62,591 bases of DNA, filler included, from Stramenopiles sp. TOSAG23-3 (GCA_900128585.1; 4 parts of 4 records of this genome joined end to end with filler, not necessarily neighbours in it); one strand, 5' to 3'. Shown: positions 1 to 12,309, counted from the first letter of the whole stretch. The notes: generated by a model from the sequence alone, not told the origin. Program-made: numbers and translations.

Positions 1-131
1 AAAGAAAGAAGTGACACAACAAGACATAAACGATTGAATGTACATACATAAATATATAAAAACGATCAATTCGATAAGCAAAGCAACAAACCATACTATA
101 CTTTAAGAACAATTTTAAACGAATAAGAACA

Positions 132-680
132 ATGCTGTCTTCTTCCACACGACGAAACCTCTTCATGGCCGCGACGGCGGTCCTTCTGCTGGCGTCCTTT
201 GCCGTAGCAAAAGAAGACGACCATCCCGAGTGCCAAGGCCCGTGCAATTGCCACGGTGGGTACAAATCCAATACATTTGAGAACGGGGTACTTACCTGTA
301 AGTGTGGTAACGGTAAAGAGTACCCTCCGCGCTCCAAGTTCAAGAACTGCTGCAAAAGCCTTTGTGCCGGAAGGAGGATGGTCTCCTCTTGGTGCGAATC
401 CGACGTAGACGCTCATTACAAGAATCCCACCACCCTCATACACCCCTTCTCGTGCAGGTGCGACGGCAACGGGGATGTAAGTGCCAACTTCTGCGCCACG
501 GCAGGCTATATCAAGTATGGAGCCATCGGCGGCTTCGCATTGCTTCTTCTCTGCATCGGGGGGTGCGTCTGGGCGTGCTTCTTCAAGAAAAAAAAGGCAG
601 CGGTCATCAAATCGTACACGCAACTTTCTTCCACCGCCACCCAGGACCCAATGGCTTACATTGCCCCTGGAAAGGTTTAA
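132..680 (+). CDS. Small Cys-rich single-pass membrane protein
   Basis: 182-aa ORF: signal-like hydrophobic stretch (LFMAATAVLLLASFAVA), Cys-rich ectodomain, TM helix (YGAIGGFALLLLCIGGCVWACFF) followed by KKKK; AT-rich flanks. Confidence 0.75.
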   Translation: MLSSSTRRNLFMAATAVLLLASFAVAKEDDHPECQGPCNCHGGYKSNTFENGVLTCKCGNGKEYPPRSKFKNCCKSLCAGRRMVSSWCESDVDAHYKNPTTLIHPFSCRCDGNGDVSANFCATAGYIKYGAIGGFALLLLCIGGCVWACFFKKKKAAVIKSYTQLSSTATQDPMAYIAPGKV

Positions 681-1264
681 GCGGATTGGTACGAAAAGGA
701 TTTCACGTTTGTGTCAATGCAAAACAACACTCTGACAAACCATGAGAGAACGGGGGGGGGGGGAGAAAAATGTGACAAACATTTTACGTCCTTACAAAGT
801 TTCAATCAAAAAAAAAAACAAATAATATCTTCTCTATAATATATAAACACAGGCATATAACTAAATAATCTAATTAATAAAAAATATGAATACTCCTCCT
901 TCCTCTTCCTCTTCTCCCTTCCTCTTCCTCTCTCTTCTTCTGCCCTCTGTTCGTTCATCATATTCTTCTCATTCACTCATACTATACTACCTTGGTATCT
1001 TCTTTCTTCAACTGCTACTCTTATAAACAATGACTTCTTTCCACCACATGCATGATCTTTTTATAGAATTGAAAATGATTATATAACAAAATTGTTTCAA
1101 TTCAATTCCACCTCTTGCAACTACTCCGCGATCTTTTCACCACTTAGAAATATATAGTCATTGCATTCGTTGGGGTCCACCCGTGCTTGCTTTGCCTACA
1201 TCTATTTACCAACCCGCCCGCACTGCTGACCGGCCACATTGCCCATAAACACCCACCCATCATC

Positions 1265-2752
1265 ATGGCCGGGAGGAGATGGAAAGCAGTTTTGCGATTG
1301 GTACGAACAATTGTAGCGTTTGAGAAATTTGACACGCTCGTCGACATGTCCGAAAGCCAAGAGTGCATTTTAAGGGACATGTTTTACTCCTTTGAACACA
1401 ATGGGGAGGGGAGGATTTCGTACGAATCGTTGTTTGAGTTGCTGGACCTCGTTCGGTTTGCAAGGGAGGGCGAGGAGGCATCGGGAGAAGGAAAAAACTG
1501 GGGCGACGACGCAGAGAAGGAGGAAAAGTTTGAAAACCTCTGCAACGAAGAGATCATGCAAATGCTCCCTGGCGTTCTTCCGAATTACGTCGAAGCGGGC
1601 GTGTCGTTCAACCAGTTCGTTTACATTTACAACAACATAATGGACCTTGCGAACAAGGCAAAGGTTAGGGTGGCGCAGAGGCGGGGCAACAAGGAGCTCC
1701 AGAAGCGCCGGAAAAGGGAAAGCACTTCGGAAAAGAAGAACCCCGCGCTACTTTCACGCGTTGCCAGAAAAGAAGCGCTCAAAACAATCAATCGGCTCTA
1801 CTTCAGGCACAAGATTACAGAGAACCAGCGCTTGCTGCTGGAAACTATAGTGGAGCCTACCAAAATACACAGTGACTATTTCGACCATTTTGAAAACCTG
1901 CAAAAGCACATCGTGCTTTACCGGCAATTAAAGGAAGAGTACGACGCCATCTACGCACACCACCAAAAAGTGAAGGGGAACAAAGGTTTCCTGCACGACC
2001 AACTCAACAAATACAAAACGACCCACACCGAACTTCTGCCGAAAATTATGTCTCCTCCTTCCGATGACAGAGCGGTGGCCGAGGACGCGATTGACTACAT
2101 TGGCCTGGCAAAGGCCGCAGGCTCCTTCAAGGGGCAAATATACAACGACGGCGAACAGGAGGACTGTGAGGAAGATCCCCTCCCCGAACGATTCACCGTG
2201 AAGCTCGTCCCCGAACTGAAAGAGGCGCTCCTGGACCACATTCAAGACTTGCACTCCTTCAAAGTGCTCTCCGACCGCCTACGCGGTTTTGCCGTGGAGC
2301 TCATTGAGGCGGAAGACATGTACGCCGTCTTTGCATTTTACAAGTTCGCAGACCACGATGCGTCCTTGGTCACGTATTTGAAGCAACGCGACGGGACATC
2401 GGTCGAGGAGCAGAACATCGCTCGAAAAAAGCAGGAGAAAAACTTTCGCACGCGGTCCAAGTCTATCAAAATGTTCATGGACGAGCGGGAGATCATTTAC
2501 AAGCTCCTGCGAGAGGAGGCTGAAGAACGAAAACGAAGAGAACGGCTAGCAGCAGAGGAAGAAGCACAGCTGAACGCGGCACAGAAGAAGACAAAGAAGA
2601 AGAAGAAAAAGAAAGGGAAGAAGAAACGCCCCAAGCCGCGGTGGATGAAAATGTACGAAGACGCGACCAAGAAACAAAGACGCGCCAACGCGACAGAACC
2701 AAAAGAAAAGTTTGGAGTGGCCCTCTTGACACGTTCGGGGCACTGCTATTGA
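1265..2752 (+). CDS. Hypothetical protein with degenerate EF-hand-like N-terminus and Lys-rich C-terminus
   Basis: First ATG at 1265 in a long ORF; LRDMFYSFEHNGEGRISYESLFELL resembles an EF-hand; coiled-coil and poly-K tail. Confidence 0.65.
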   Translation: MAGRRWKAVLRLVRTIVAFEKFDTLVDMSESQECILRDMFYSFEHNGEGRISYESLFELLDLVRFAREGEEASGEGKNWGDDAEKEEKFENLCNEEIMQMLPGVLPNYVEAGVSFNQFVYIYNNIMDLANKAKVRVAQRRGNKELQKRRKRESTSEKKNPALLSRVARKEALKTINRLYFRHKITENQRLLLETIVEPTKIHSDYFDHFENLQKHIVLYRQLKEEYDAIYAHHQKVKGNKGFLHDQLNKYKTTHTELLPKIMSPPSDDRAVAEDAIDYIGLAKAAGSFKGQIYNDGEQEDCEEDPLPERFTVKLVPELKEALLDHIQDLHSFKVLSDRLRGFAVELIEAEDMYAVFAFYKFADHDASLVTYLKQRDGTSVEEQNIARKKQEKNFRTRSKSIKMFMDEREIIYKLLREEAEERKRRERLAAEEEAQLNAAQKKTKKKKKKKGKKKRPKPRWMKMYEDATKKQRRANATEPKEKFGVALLTRSGHCY

Positions 2753-3098
2753 GAAGAGCAAGAGCAAGAGCCTGTTTTATATACGGGTAGGTATAATAGT
2801 ATAAGTACCGGTACAGGTATTGAATATTAATATAAATATTACCCACCACTCACCACACCTCCTCTCTCCTTTCTTCTTTCTTCGTCGTCTTCGTTCGTCG
2901 TCGCGTCGGCGACGAAAAAATAATAATATTCTCATCTTATTAATTGTAAAATCACACTGTCTAACCCTACCTATTTCGTTCATAATGAAAACAAACTCCA
3001 CGGGAGCATCTCTGTTATAAGAAAGAGTGTAAAGAAGTAGCCGTTTTCAATGTACACCGGGGTTGTTTACAAAGAGCGCACTGTGAAAGAGAGAAGAG

Positions 3099-4175
3099 AT
3101 GGCCTTAAGAACGTTTGTCACGCTGCGCAGCGGGCTGGGGGGGCGAGCTCGGCATTCCATGCGAGCAGTGAACCCCCACGCGAGAGTTCGAGAATTCAAT
3201 AGAATAGGACAAAGATCTCATGCGCCGCGGTACTGGTTCTTCGGAAAACAGAATGCAGGCTTTGCCGCGGCTGCTTTCGGTGGTGCTGCGTGCATGTTGG
3301 CAGCAGCGGAGACCACCAGGAACCCATCGCTGGGCGAGTGCAAGGCCACCGAGACGGAGCCGCCGAGTGCACTTCGAGCGCCGGTGAAGACGGTAGTGAT
3401 TCTGATGGCAATGAGGCAGGAGGCAGAGCCATTTATCGAACGGCATGGCTTGAAACAAATTCGTATTCCTGGAATGGACCAAAAACTTCCGTTCGTGGCG
3501 TACGAAGGTCGCCTGTTCCAGGGAGATGGCGCGGAGGAAGGGTTGCAAGTGTACTTGGTCTGGACGGGTAATGACAAACGGTTTGGGAGGGACGTAAACA
3601 ATGTCGCGACCACCGCGTCGACGCTGTCGGCGTACGTGAGCATACAGGCCTTTCGCCCGAACCTTTTGCTGAGCTGTGGCACTGCGGGAGGGTTCAAAGG
3701 TTTTGGCGGGAAAATTGGCGACGTGTACGTGTCCTCAAAGTGCGTGTTTCACTCGAGAAGGATTCCGGCATCTGGGAACGAATACATGGAATATTCCTAC
3801 GGTCATTACAGGTCTCCTCCTGTTCCATTACTCGCCAAGAAAACTGGGTGCAAGATTGGGGTTGTCTCCACCAGCGACTCGCTGGATTGCACGGGCCGTG
3901 ATCTTGAAATTATGGCACAGGAAGGCGCGGCTGTGAAAGAGATGGAGGCCGCGTCCATCGCATGGGTTGCCCGTGAGCTTCAAGTTCCCTTCTTCGCTGT
4001 GAAATCTATCACGGACATTGTAGACGATAAGACAGTCGGCGCGCAAGGGCAAGACACACTGGCCCAGTTTGAAGAAAACTTGAAGACAGCAAGTGCCAGC
4101 CTTCAAACAAAGCTGAGCTTGTTGCTCGAATCGCTGCACGGCACTTCCCTGAGCGATTGGAGGGGGAAAGGGTAG
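3099..4175 (+). CDS. MTN: 5'-methylthioadenosine/S-adenosylhomocysteine nucleosidase (PNP_UDP_1 family) with N-terminal extension
   Basis: Motifs ILMAMRQEA, SCGTAGGF, IGDVY, STSDSLD, VKEMEAASIAWVA, KSITDIVD match plant-type MTA nucleosidases. Confidence 0.9.
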   Translation: MALRTFVTLRSGLGGRARHSMRAVNPHARVREFNRIGQRSHAPRYWFFGKQNAGFAAAAFGGAACMLAAAETTRNPSLGECKATETEPPSALRAPVKTVVILMAMRQEAEPFIERHGLKQIRIPGMDQKLPFVAYEGRLFQGDGAEEGLQVYLVWTGNDKRFGRDVNNVATTASTLSAYVSIQAFRPNLLLSCGTAGGFKGFGGKIGDVYVSSKCVFHSRRIPASGNEYMEYSYGHYRSPPVPLLAKKTGCKIGVVSTSDSLDCTGRDLEIMAQEGAAVKEMEAASIAWVARELQVPFFAVKSITDIVDDKTVGAQGQDTLAQFEENLKTASASLQTKLSLLLESLHGTSLSDWRGKG

Positions 4176-4320
4176 AGGTTTGCGTGAGGGGTTGACCCTA
4201 ATTTTTTTATTTTTAAGATTCATTTTTTATAACGTTGTAAAATGTATGTGAATGATATGATATTTGAGACTGATAGTCCAGACTAAGTGACACCGGTATA
4301 TATCATATGTTGAATTAGTA

Positions 4321-4415
4321 AAATCTCAGAGGAGCAGGAGATAAGTTCGCAGTATATGAAGAGACGATAAATTTTAAACCACTAAAACTTAAATAACAGG
4401 CAATGTTTTGCTTTT
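4321..4415 (+). repeat. Degenerate copy of the convergent-intergenic repeat
   Basis: ttcgcagtatatgaaga...taaattttaa...acttaaataacaggcaatgttttgctttt aligns by eye with 54559-54656. Confidence 0.6.
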
Positions 4416-4559
4416 AATTAACGATATGATGTCTGATTAAACGTTAATTTAAATTCTGAAAGATATTACGTAATATTTCTTAACTCCTCTAAAACTACTC
4501 CTTTGCAACTCCGCAACAACTAATATATTTCGGTAATAGTTTTTGATCATTTTAAAACT

Positions 4560-7500
4560 TTAGCTCTCTCCGCCATCAATTTTCGCGCGATAAACGCTCA
4601 ACTCTTGGCGTGTCTGCTCGATCCTGTCATAAATGGATTTCTGTCCGTTGTACGCCTCGTTTGAATCCACGTTACAGCTTAAGGCGGGGTGAAGTGTCGA
4701 GGACACCCATTTTTGACCCTGGCCAAACGTGGCCGACATGGACGCAACCCCAGTGGTGAGGGATGGTGTGTGCGTTTTCCAGGATGGGATTGGCGGGTTG
4801 GCGCTTCGCCCGTCTTCAAAGAGAGTGTTGTAATGTTCGCTTCGTCCTTTTGTCGTATGCCCGACCATAGCGGCGAGGGTCGCACCGGAGGGGTGGTTTG
4901 TATCGATGTGGAACTCTGTCATGGTCAGTTCGAGCTCACGGACCCGTTGCAGCCTTAACTCCACTTCCCTCTCCAAGGCAGCGTTCTTTTCGCTCAAAGT
5001 CTGGGTGATGGCCTCTGCGTCTACGAGCTTCTTCTCCAATACTTCCTTTTCAGAAAGCGCCTTTTTAAACGCAGGCTGGATCTGACGCGCGCGATCTCCG
5101 CTGCTTTTCATTCGTTGCGCCATGGCTTGGAATTTCCCCTCAAATTTGCTGGTTGTTAGTCGCAACAGTGCTTCTGTCTCCGCGGCCCGGCGCTCGCTTT
5201 CGTCGGCGCGCTGAAGCGCCGCTACCAAGCTCTTTCGTACGTCTTTCTCTGCAGCATTTGCGGTAAGCGATATTGTTTTCAGTCGTTCTTCGGACAGCGA
5301 CGCTCGCTTTAGTGCTGCGGCCAGTTTGGTCGCCAGCTCGTTTCGTCGCAGCTCCGATTTCCCCCGGATTTGACCGATGCGTTTCTCAGCCTTTTGTAAA
5401 CGGTCCAAGGCCACTGCTAGTTCGCCCTGAAACTTTGTCTCTGCGTCTTGCAGAGCCTGCTCTGCTTCCACCGCTCGGGCCTCGGTTGCACCAGCATTTT
5501 CCAGCGCTTCCTGCAGCGCCGATTCACCTTGAGAAAACGTTGCTTCCATTTTCTTTACCTGCACCTTCAGGGAATGCTCGCGTTCCATCACAGTAACCAT
5601 TTCTTGCTCCATCGTGCCCATTGCATCGGTCAAATCATCCAGCCCTTTCTCTGCGGCCTCCGCTCGTGCGTGCAGCGAAGCGTTTTCGGCCAAAAGCTCT
5701 TGGTACGCTTTCGTCTGCTGTTTCTGGTCCTGCAGCTCACTGGTCAAATCGCCGACTTCCTTCTTAAGGTCGTTTATTTTTTTTACATGCTGCCGGACTT
5801 GGGTGTTGCTCTCGCTTCGGTACTTTAGGACTTGTGCTTGCCGCCGCAAGCGGTCGATCGAACAGGCTACTGCCGTCCCTATATCGACCAAGTCGTCGAC
5901 CAGGTTGTCATCAAATTCCAACTTCATGTTGGCGATTTCTATGGCACCCAAAACGTTGTCAATTAATTTACTTCTTGGGTCCAAATCGTTCTGTGTCCCT
6001 TTCACTTTTGATCGATCCCGATCTTGGCCGTGAAAGGCCCCTTTCTTCTCCGTCTGGAGGTCCACCCCCACCCGAAAGGATACGAGGCTGTCTAAAATAT
6101 TGTTGTAATTGTTGCCCAGAGTCTCTTTCAAGGCAGGCGAAGCCCCGAAGAAGTTGGCCGCTACATCGCCACGATCGTCCGCGCCTACAACTGCCTGGGG
6201 CTGCGTGGGGTTGCAAATTCGAAGTATATATGGATAAAATACGCTGCGGGATATGGTTGTGGTCGCATCGGGGTCTACATTAATGCGCATGTCGTTGTCC
6301 AAGTTGACGAGCTGCTGCTTCATTGCATCGTACAAAAATATGTGAATTGCGTCTGCTTGGAGTATGCGGATCAGCCGCTCGCACACGTAGTGCAGCGCCG
6401 AGTGTATGGTCCGACAGTTGGACAGCCCGACAATCATGCGCAAAATGTCTTGGTGGCGTTTGGACCGCTGGCTCGCTTGATGCTGCGTCTGGATGCGGCG
6501 GTTGGCCCGAAGTGCCATGGCACTTGCTTTTTTGTTAAGATTTTCCAGCGTACGCTGGTAAAACAAACCGTTCAGGGAGAGCCGGGCAAAGAGGTCCATC
6601 ATGTCCATGTCTGTTTTTTGGAAAGGGGTCGAACTCCTGTTGCCCGCTCGAATGACCAAAAGTACCCCAAAAGCAGGGCCGTTGTTCGGGGTCAGCATTG
6701 GCACCCCTAAAATTTGCATCGGCGTTTTTTGCGTAAATTTTTCGACATCAATATTTGATAAATTTTGATGATTCCTCAGTCCTCGAGATTGAAAGACCAG
6801 GCCCATCCGCTTCGATAAGCCCAAATCCTTCATGCCCCTGCCGGCTTTTCTGCGGAGCATTTTGCCCTGTTTTAATACTTGAAAAACAAAAGGGGCGTCG
6901 TTCTCGTCCAGCACAACTGGCTGCAGTGCCAAGCCCCGGGCGTCTACGGCGGCGTCCTCAATCGGGGCGCTACTGGCGTTTGCAATTTCGTCGAATTCCA
7001 CCTGATCGTCACCTTTCTCTTCGTACAAGGTGGTACTCCCAAACCCGATCCCGCTGTCGGCAAGGCCGTCCCGGGTGGTGCCCCATCCGTCTGCCCCTGC
7101 ATTGCTCGCGTTCAGTACAGACGCGTCGACGACAGTGACCATTTTCTTTAAGGACCCCAAGCTACCCGGGCCGCGCAAAAGAACGATCGCGGTCGTAGCC
7201 GCCATTAGCGTTATGGCGTTGCTCTCAATTTTACGAATCAGCTCCAGACCGTCGGTGTTTGTTTTGTTGAGGGCCCCAATGTTGTTGATCGTTTCGTCGT
7301 ACACATTGTCGTGGAACAAAGACGCGCACACGTCCGCCCCCGCCGTTGCGGCAGTGTGGTACCGGTGTATTGCGAGCATCCTCTCCTTGCTGTGGCTTCG
7401 GCTTTCCTGAAGCTGCTCTTGCAACGTGGCCAATGCTTCCGATGCTTCCGCCATGCCGTCGCAGCACGTGCGCAGGGTTTCAAAGTGGGACACTGCGTTT

Positions 7501-9456
7501 GCTGTGTGCTTCAGCCATACCGAAACAAGCGCTTCTTCTTCGACCGTCATAACATGTTTTGGCGCTCTGTGCGTGTCGTTCTTTGTCCCATCTGTTGCTA
7601 CAGCGTCCATCTCCTGGACAGTGGCACATTCGATAATGCCAACGGCCACGACCTGGCCGCTATCCGATCGTGCCACTACGCAAACATGCCTTCCCACGCG
7701 CTGGGGTTCGCCAGTAGCCGCCGTGTTCCCCACGAGCCCATGGCCGACTTTGCACACTATTTTTCCGGGCAGTTCATTCTGCGAAACCAGCTGCGCCTTT
7801 GTTAAGGCGCCAGGGGACTCCACTACGCCGTCGCTGGGCGAGGGCGGTTTCGGGCGCCGTACGCTCCACAGCTTCCGCCCCCCGCGCTGGACAATGTACA
7901 ACTGCCCGCTGATGACGTTGGTGCTGCGAAGCAGGGTCTTGCACTCGTTGTCAAAAATACGAAATACGTCTTCAGTGGAGGTCGCGGAATTCCAAAGCTT
8001 CTCAATGCTGTGCAATATTCCGGCTCGTCTTCTCGTGCTGTTGAGCCTTCGCCGCAGTCCAAAGATCCCTACCCGGCCAGCGTGCCGCTGATACACGCCC
8101 AGGGTTGCGAGCGCGACGTGCGCCGCAAAATCTCGCAGCAGCGACATAAGCTTCGACAGGCTAATGGCATCCTCCCCGGTACCGCTCAGGACCAACATCC
8201 CAACAACTTTTCCGCCGGGTGACTGCGCCGGAACTAACAGAAATGGGGTCCTCCCGTCGTCCACGCTCTCGTGGCGCGTGGGGGCCGGGGTCAGCATATT
8301 TACATCCAGTCGGCCGTCCGAAAGCTCGGCCTCCGTGGGCTCGCCAGCGCCGTCTTCGGCTCCCCCCCCCCGTTGTCCCATTCAACAGAGAGACGAACGT
8401 TTTGTTGTCCATTTGAGTGGGCTCCCCACTCTCAACGATGCGTTTGATCGATCCCGTAAGGGGTAAAATAGATTTCTCTTCCGGTCGCGCCCGATCTAAC
8501 GTCCACAGGTATGGCATTCCGGGGCCGGGATTCCCATCCACGTGCGAACTGCGGCGCCCACCACTGCCATTGAATGATACCGATTCTAGTGGCGTATCGT
8601 TCGCGTTCAAAACATACCACACGGCGAATTCTGCTGTCCCACTGATAACTTGGGCTGCCGTAGGAACCAAAGAAAAAAGATCCGAAAAATCATGGTCCAT
8701 TGCTCGGTCTCCGCCACGATGGCCCCCAGCCGGCGAGCCGGCCTCCATCCTCTCGGCGCTTTGCACTTCCGGGTCCCTCGTGCTCTTGCAGGACCACGCC
8801 GCGAGCGACGATATGCATCGGACCAGGCGCCGTTCGTACTCCAGTTCTAACTGTACCTCTTTCTGGCGCACTTTTGCCATCTCTTGCTTTTCCCCAATTT
8901 GTGACAAGTGCAAAGTGTTCTCGGCCAACTTGCTGCAGTAGTTGAAGCAAAACGCAATGTGGACGCACACGGATCGCAAGAGGAGTATTTCGTCGGTCGA
9001 GAACGGGGGAAGAAACTTTCCGTAACTATCCCGTTGCATCGGCACGGAGTTTACTTCCAGGACGCCGAGGACCGTGTCGTCTCCGCCAGCGTCAAAGACC
9101 ACAGGAAGCAGCACCGCGCGGTTCCCGTGCCGGACGACCCGGTTCGTTCTCACTGTAACGCCAACGTGCCCGGCGTCCAAGCTCGTCCACACCCGCCCTT
9201 GCTCGTCGGGGGCACTGCGAGTCCCATCCCCATCGACGTGGACCGTCCACGTCATTTGTTTGCTATGATCGGCTACATGAAGTTTTGAACTTGACCCGTT
9301 GTTGCAAAGGCTGTAGACTTGGGCGTGCACAACACCACACAAGAACCCTAACCCCCGAGAGGGCTGGAGTGACTCGACCACGTGGAGCAAACGCTTCATG
9401 TGAGACGATACGGTCGACGAATCGACGGACCGATTGGATTCCGAGTACAACGACAT
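4560..9456 (-). CDS. Large multi-GAF-domain coiled-coil protein (ORFs 8161-9456 and 4560-8381 joined by a 1-nt frameshift at a G homopolymer, about 8362-8371)
   Basis: GAF-like segments (GHVGVTVRT...LLPVV...VLGVLEVN...FSTDEILLLRSVC; ILGVPMLTP...FGVLLVIR...FQKTDMDMM) in both ORFs; long C-terminal coiled coil; removing one G from the run fuses the frames. Confidence 0.75.
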
Positions 9457-10210
9457 GAGACAATGACAATATTTAATAAATAAATAAACAAATCAACCCT
9501 GTATAAACACGTTCTCCAGGGAAGCTGGGGAGGATTACACCTACAACAATAGGACGCGTGCAAATGCAAACGCAGAGACCTTGCACTTTTCAATAAAAAC
9601 ACCCTTCCGTCCGTCCGTCGGTCCGTCGATTGTCAATTTCAAACACAAATATTACCAACCCCAAAAACCAAAACAAATACAAACGAAGAAGCAACACACT
9701 GAAACAAACAACAATTTAATTCTTCTTCAACCAATCATGATTCGTTCAACCCATTCTTCTTCTGTGAAATTCAAACATTTCAACTTCAATTTCAATCCTC
9801 CTTTTGATGATAATAAAGAAAGAATTGAATTTAATTTTTTATTATTTTATTATTTTTTTTAAATTTCAAAAAATCGTAATAATTCTTAGTATACATAATT
9901 AATATACTTATATTTATTAAATCCCTATTATGTTTGTGATTTTTAAAATCTTCCGGATGATTGTTTGATTGTTGGTTGTTCTTCTTTACTATACCGGTCG
10001 GTGGTTCGGTTTTCTTTTTCATTGATTTGTTGTCTATATGATATAGTGATGGACAAAGAAAGAATTGAATTGGATTGAATTAAATGGAGGAGAAGAAATG
10101 AGCAAAAAAGGTTTTGTGGTTGTGTGTTTCAACTTAACGTCGTGGATTTTTATCTGCTCCAAACTGTATTCATTTGGCTGGGTTGTTGGAGGGGGTGCGC
10201 GTTTTTCAGT

Positions 10211-12157
10211 ATGAGGGTTTCCTCGGTTGCCTTGTGGGTTTTGTTGTTGCAACTTGGGGTTCTACGTCCTGTCGTTCCGAAACCAGCGAAACGGGGAAAG
10301 AAGAAGATTAAATTTCGGTCCCTGCCGAAAGAAGGAAAGTGCACGGAGGGGAAGTGCATTGATTCGGTCGGAACGTGGACGTGGCCTACGGCGGACCAGT
10401 ACAAGGGTAACTTCGACGCTGATGGGGTGCGCAGTGGCCCGGGACTGTTTCAATGGAACCAAACGAAAGACATCTACGAAGGAACCTTCAAAAATGGCCT
10501 GCCCTCAGGTGTAGGTTTGTACATGTGGGGTACAGATACCCAACGATACATCGGGCAGTTTGAAAAGGGCCGCAAGAGTGGGCTCGGGGTGTACCGAAAT
10601 GTAGAAACAGGGGAAACGTACGCTGGCGAATTCAAGAACGGGTTGTTCTCGGGGTACGGGCGTTTAATTTTTGACAATGGAACTATCCTCGAAGGAAAGT
10701 TTTTGAAGGGGTGGCCGGATGGGGTAGGAAAACGCGCAGTGAGAAAGAAGCATAAAACGGGGGGGGAGAAAGAAAGCTTCCAAGAAACGGGCGTGTACTA
10801 CGGCCAATTCTCCCGTGGCCGACGGCATGGGTATGGAGTCTCGCTCGGCGACAACGATGCCACGCATTCGGGCCGTTTCAACGAAGGCGCGCCATTTCGG
10901 TATGCCGTGTACAAGACGGTCAACACGAGGGGGGGGGCGGGGGGGGAACAGGACTACAAAACGTACATGGGAACGTATTCCCACGGATTTCACGGCCACG
11001 CCGCATTGAACTTTACCGACTTGAGCGGCGAAGGGGAGGGGGAGGCTTACCACGTGTACTACGGGGAAGCTAGCAGTGGTATGTCAAACGGTTACGGTCA
11101 ATGGGAGTACTCCAATGGGGAAGTGTACATTGGAGAAACAAAAGATGGAATGCGGCATGGCCAAGGCGTTCTCACATCTTGGTATGGGGACCGGCTTTCT
11201 GGAAACTGGAGCCAAGATAGTTTCGTGTTCGGTACAAAATCGGGGCCAACGTATGCCATGGGGAGCTTTGCTGGAGAATTCAATGGCTCGGGGCAGTTCC
11301 AGTTCGGGAAAGCAGTGACCAGCGACGGAAATGTTTACGAAGGGGAGTATTATAGCGGTTCTCCGAGCGGCTTTGGTGTCGCAACAAGCATCGATGGAAC
11401 CAAGTACTGTGGCGAGTTCAAAACTGGGCAACGCGACGGTTATGGGGTGTTCTATGAAAAACGGGAGAGGGACGTTCCCACGGTACCGCCCGTTCCAGAT
11501 CGGGCGGAAAGCCAGTCTCAGACCATACCGTACTATGCCCCCCTGTATGCAGGGCTGTGGTACCAAAATAAATTCGTGGAGGTGACCGAACCCCGAGGTG
11601 AGGATGATGGCGCCGACGGCGGTGCGGGGCCTCTAGAAGGAGACGTGCAGGGCAAAACAGAAGATTTGAGTGCCAAAGACATAGCAGACATGAAGCAACG
11701 CGCCCACGATACTGGGTTTCAGGCGCAACAGATACAGCAACGATCCCGATCCCTGGCGACGGGCGCAATCGAGGCGAGCCGGCGAGCGCAGTACGTTGTT
11801 GCAAACAATGAGAGCAAGCTACACGTTGAGTTGGGCCGTAACATGTCACGGCTTGCAAAAATAAGCCACAGCCAAGCCAGCCAAGTGATGGCAAAGGCGG
11901 AAAAACAAATGAGTGTGATCGCAAAAGTAGTCCAGAGCGCGAAAAAAATCGAGCGAATGGTGGCAAAGGCCAGCAAACTGCTGACGAGAAAGCAGCGAGC
12001 AATGGAACGAAAGAAAAAGGCTCTTGAAAAGAAGCGCGAAGAAGAAGAATCTGAGAAAAAGGCGATTGAGGAAATGGGGAAAGAGGGGGTGAAGAAGCGA
12101 AAGAAAAACAAAATGAAGGGAAAACGAAAGAAACAGTCGGGGAAGAAGGCCCCGTAG
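10211..12157 (+). CDS. MORN-repeat protein with N-terminal signal peptide and basic coiled-coil tail
   Basis: Many YxGxFxxGxxxGxG repeats; ATG at 10211 starts MRVSSVALWVLLLQLGVL. Confidence 0.85.
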   Translation: MRVSSVALWVLLLQLGVLRPVVPKPAKRGKKKIKFRSLPKEGKCTEGKCIDSVGTWTWPTADQYKGNFDADGVRSGPGLFQWNQTKDIYEGTFKNGLPSGVGLYMWGTDTQRYIGQFEKGRKSGLGVYRNVETGETYAGEFKNGLFSGYGRLIFDNGTILEGKFLKGWPDGVGKRAVRKKHKTGGEKESFQETGVYYGQFSRGRRHGYGVSLGDNDATHSGRFNEGAPFRYAVYKTVNTRGGAGGEQDYKTYMGTYSHGFHGHAALNFTDLSGEGEGEAYHVYYGEASSGMSNGYGQWEYSNGEVYIGETKDGMRHGQGVLTSWYGDRLSGNWSQDSFVFGTKSGPTYAMGSFAGEFNGSGQFQFGKAVTSDGNVYEGEYYSGSPSGFGVATSIDGTKYCGEFKTGQRDGYGVFYEKRERDVPTVPPVPDRAESQSQTIPYYAPLYAGLWYQNKFVEVTEPRGEDDGADGGAGPLEGDVQGKTEDLSAKDIADMKQRAHDTGFQAQQIQQRSRSLATGAIEASRRAQYVVANNESKLHVELGRNMSRLAKISHSQASQVMAKAEKQMSVIAKVVQSAKKIERMVAKASKLLTRKQRAMERKKKALEKKREEEESEKKAIEEMGKEGVKKRKKNKMKGKRKKQSGKKAP

Positions 12158-12309
12158 ATTACGTTTGCGTTTCTCAGCCCCGCATAGTGTTTAACAACAT
12201 AAAAACTTAAGACACTTTTCTACTAGTGTTGTGTGTGTGTAAAAACTTTTCTTCAGTGGCTCTTGCCTACCACGCGCACGCCGCAATCTCGGCCTCCATC
12301 CGCCCCCTA

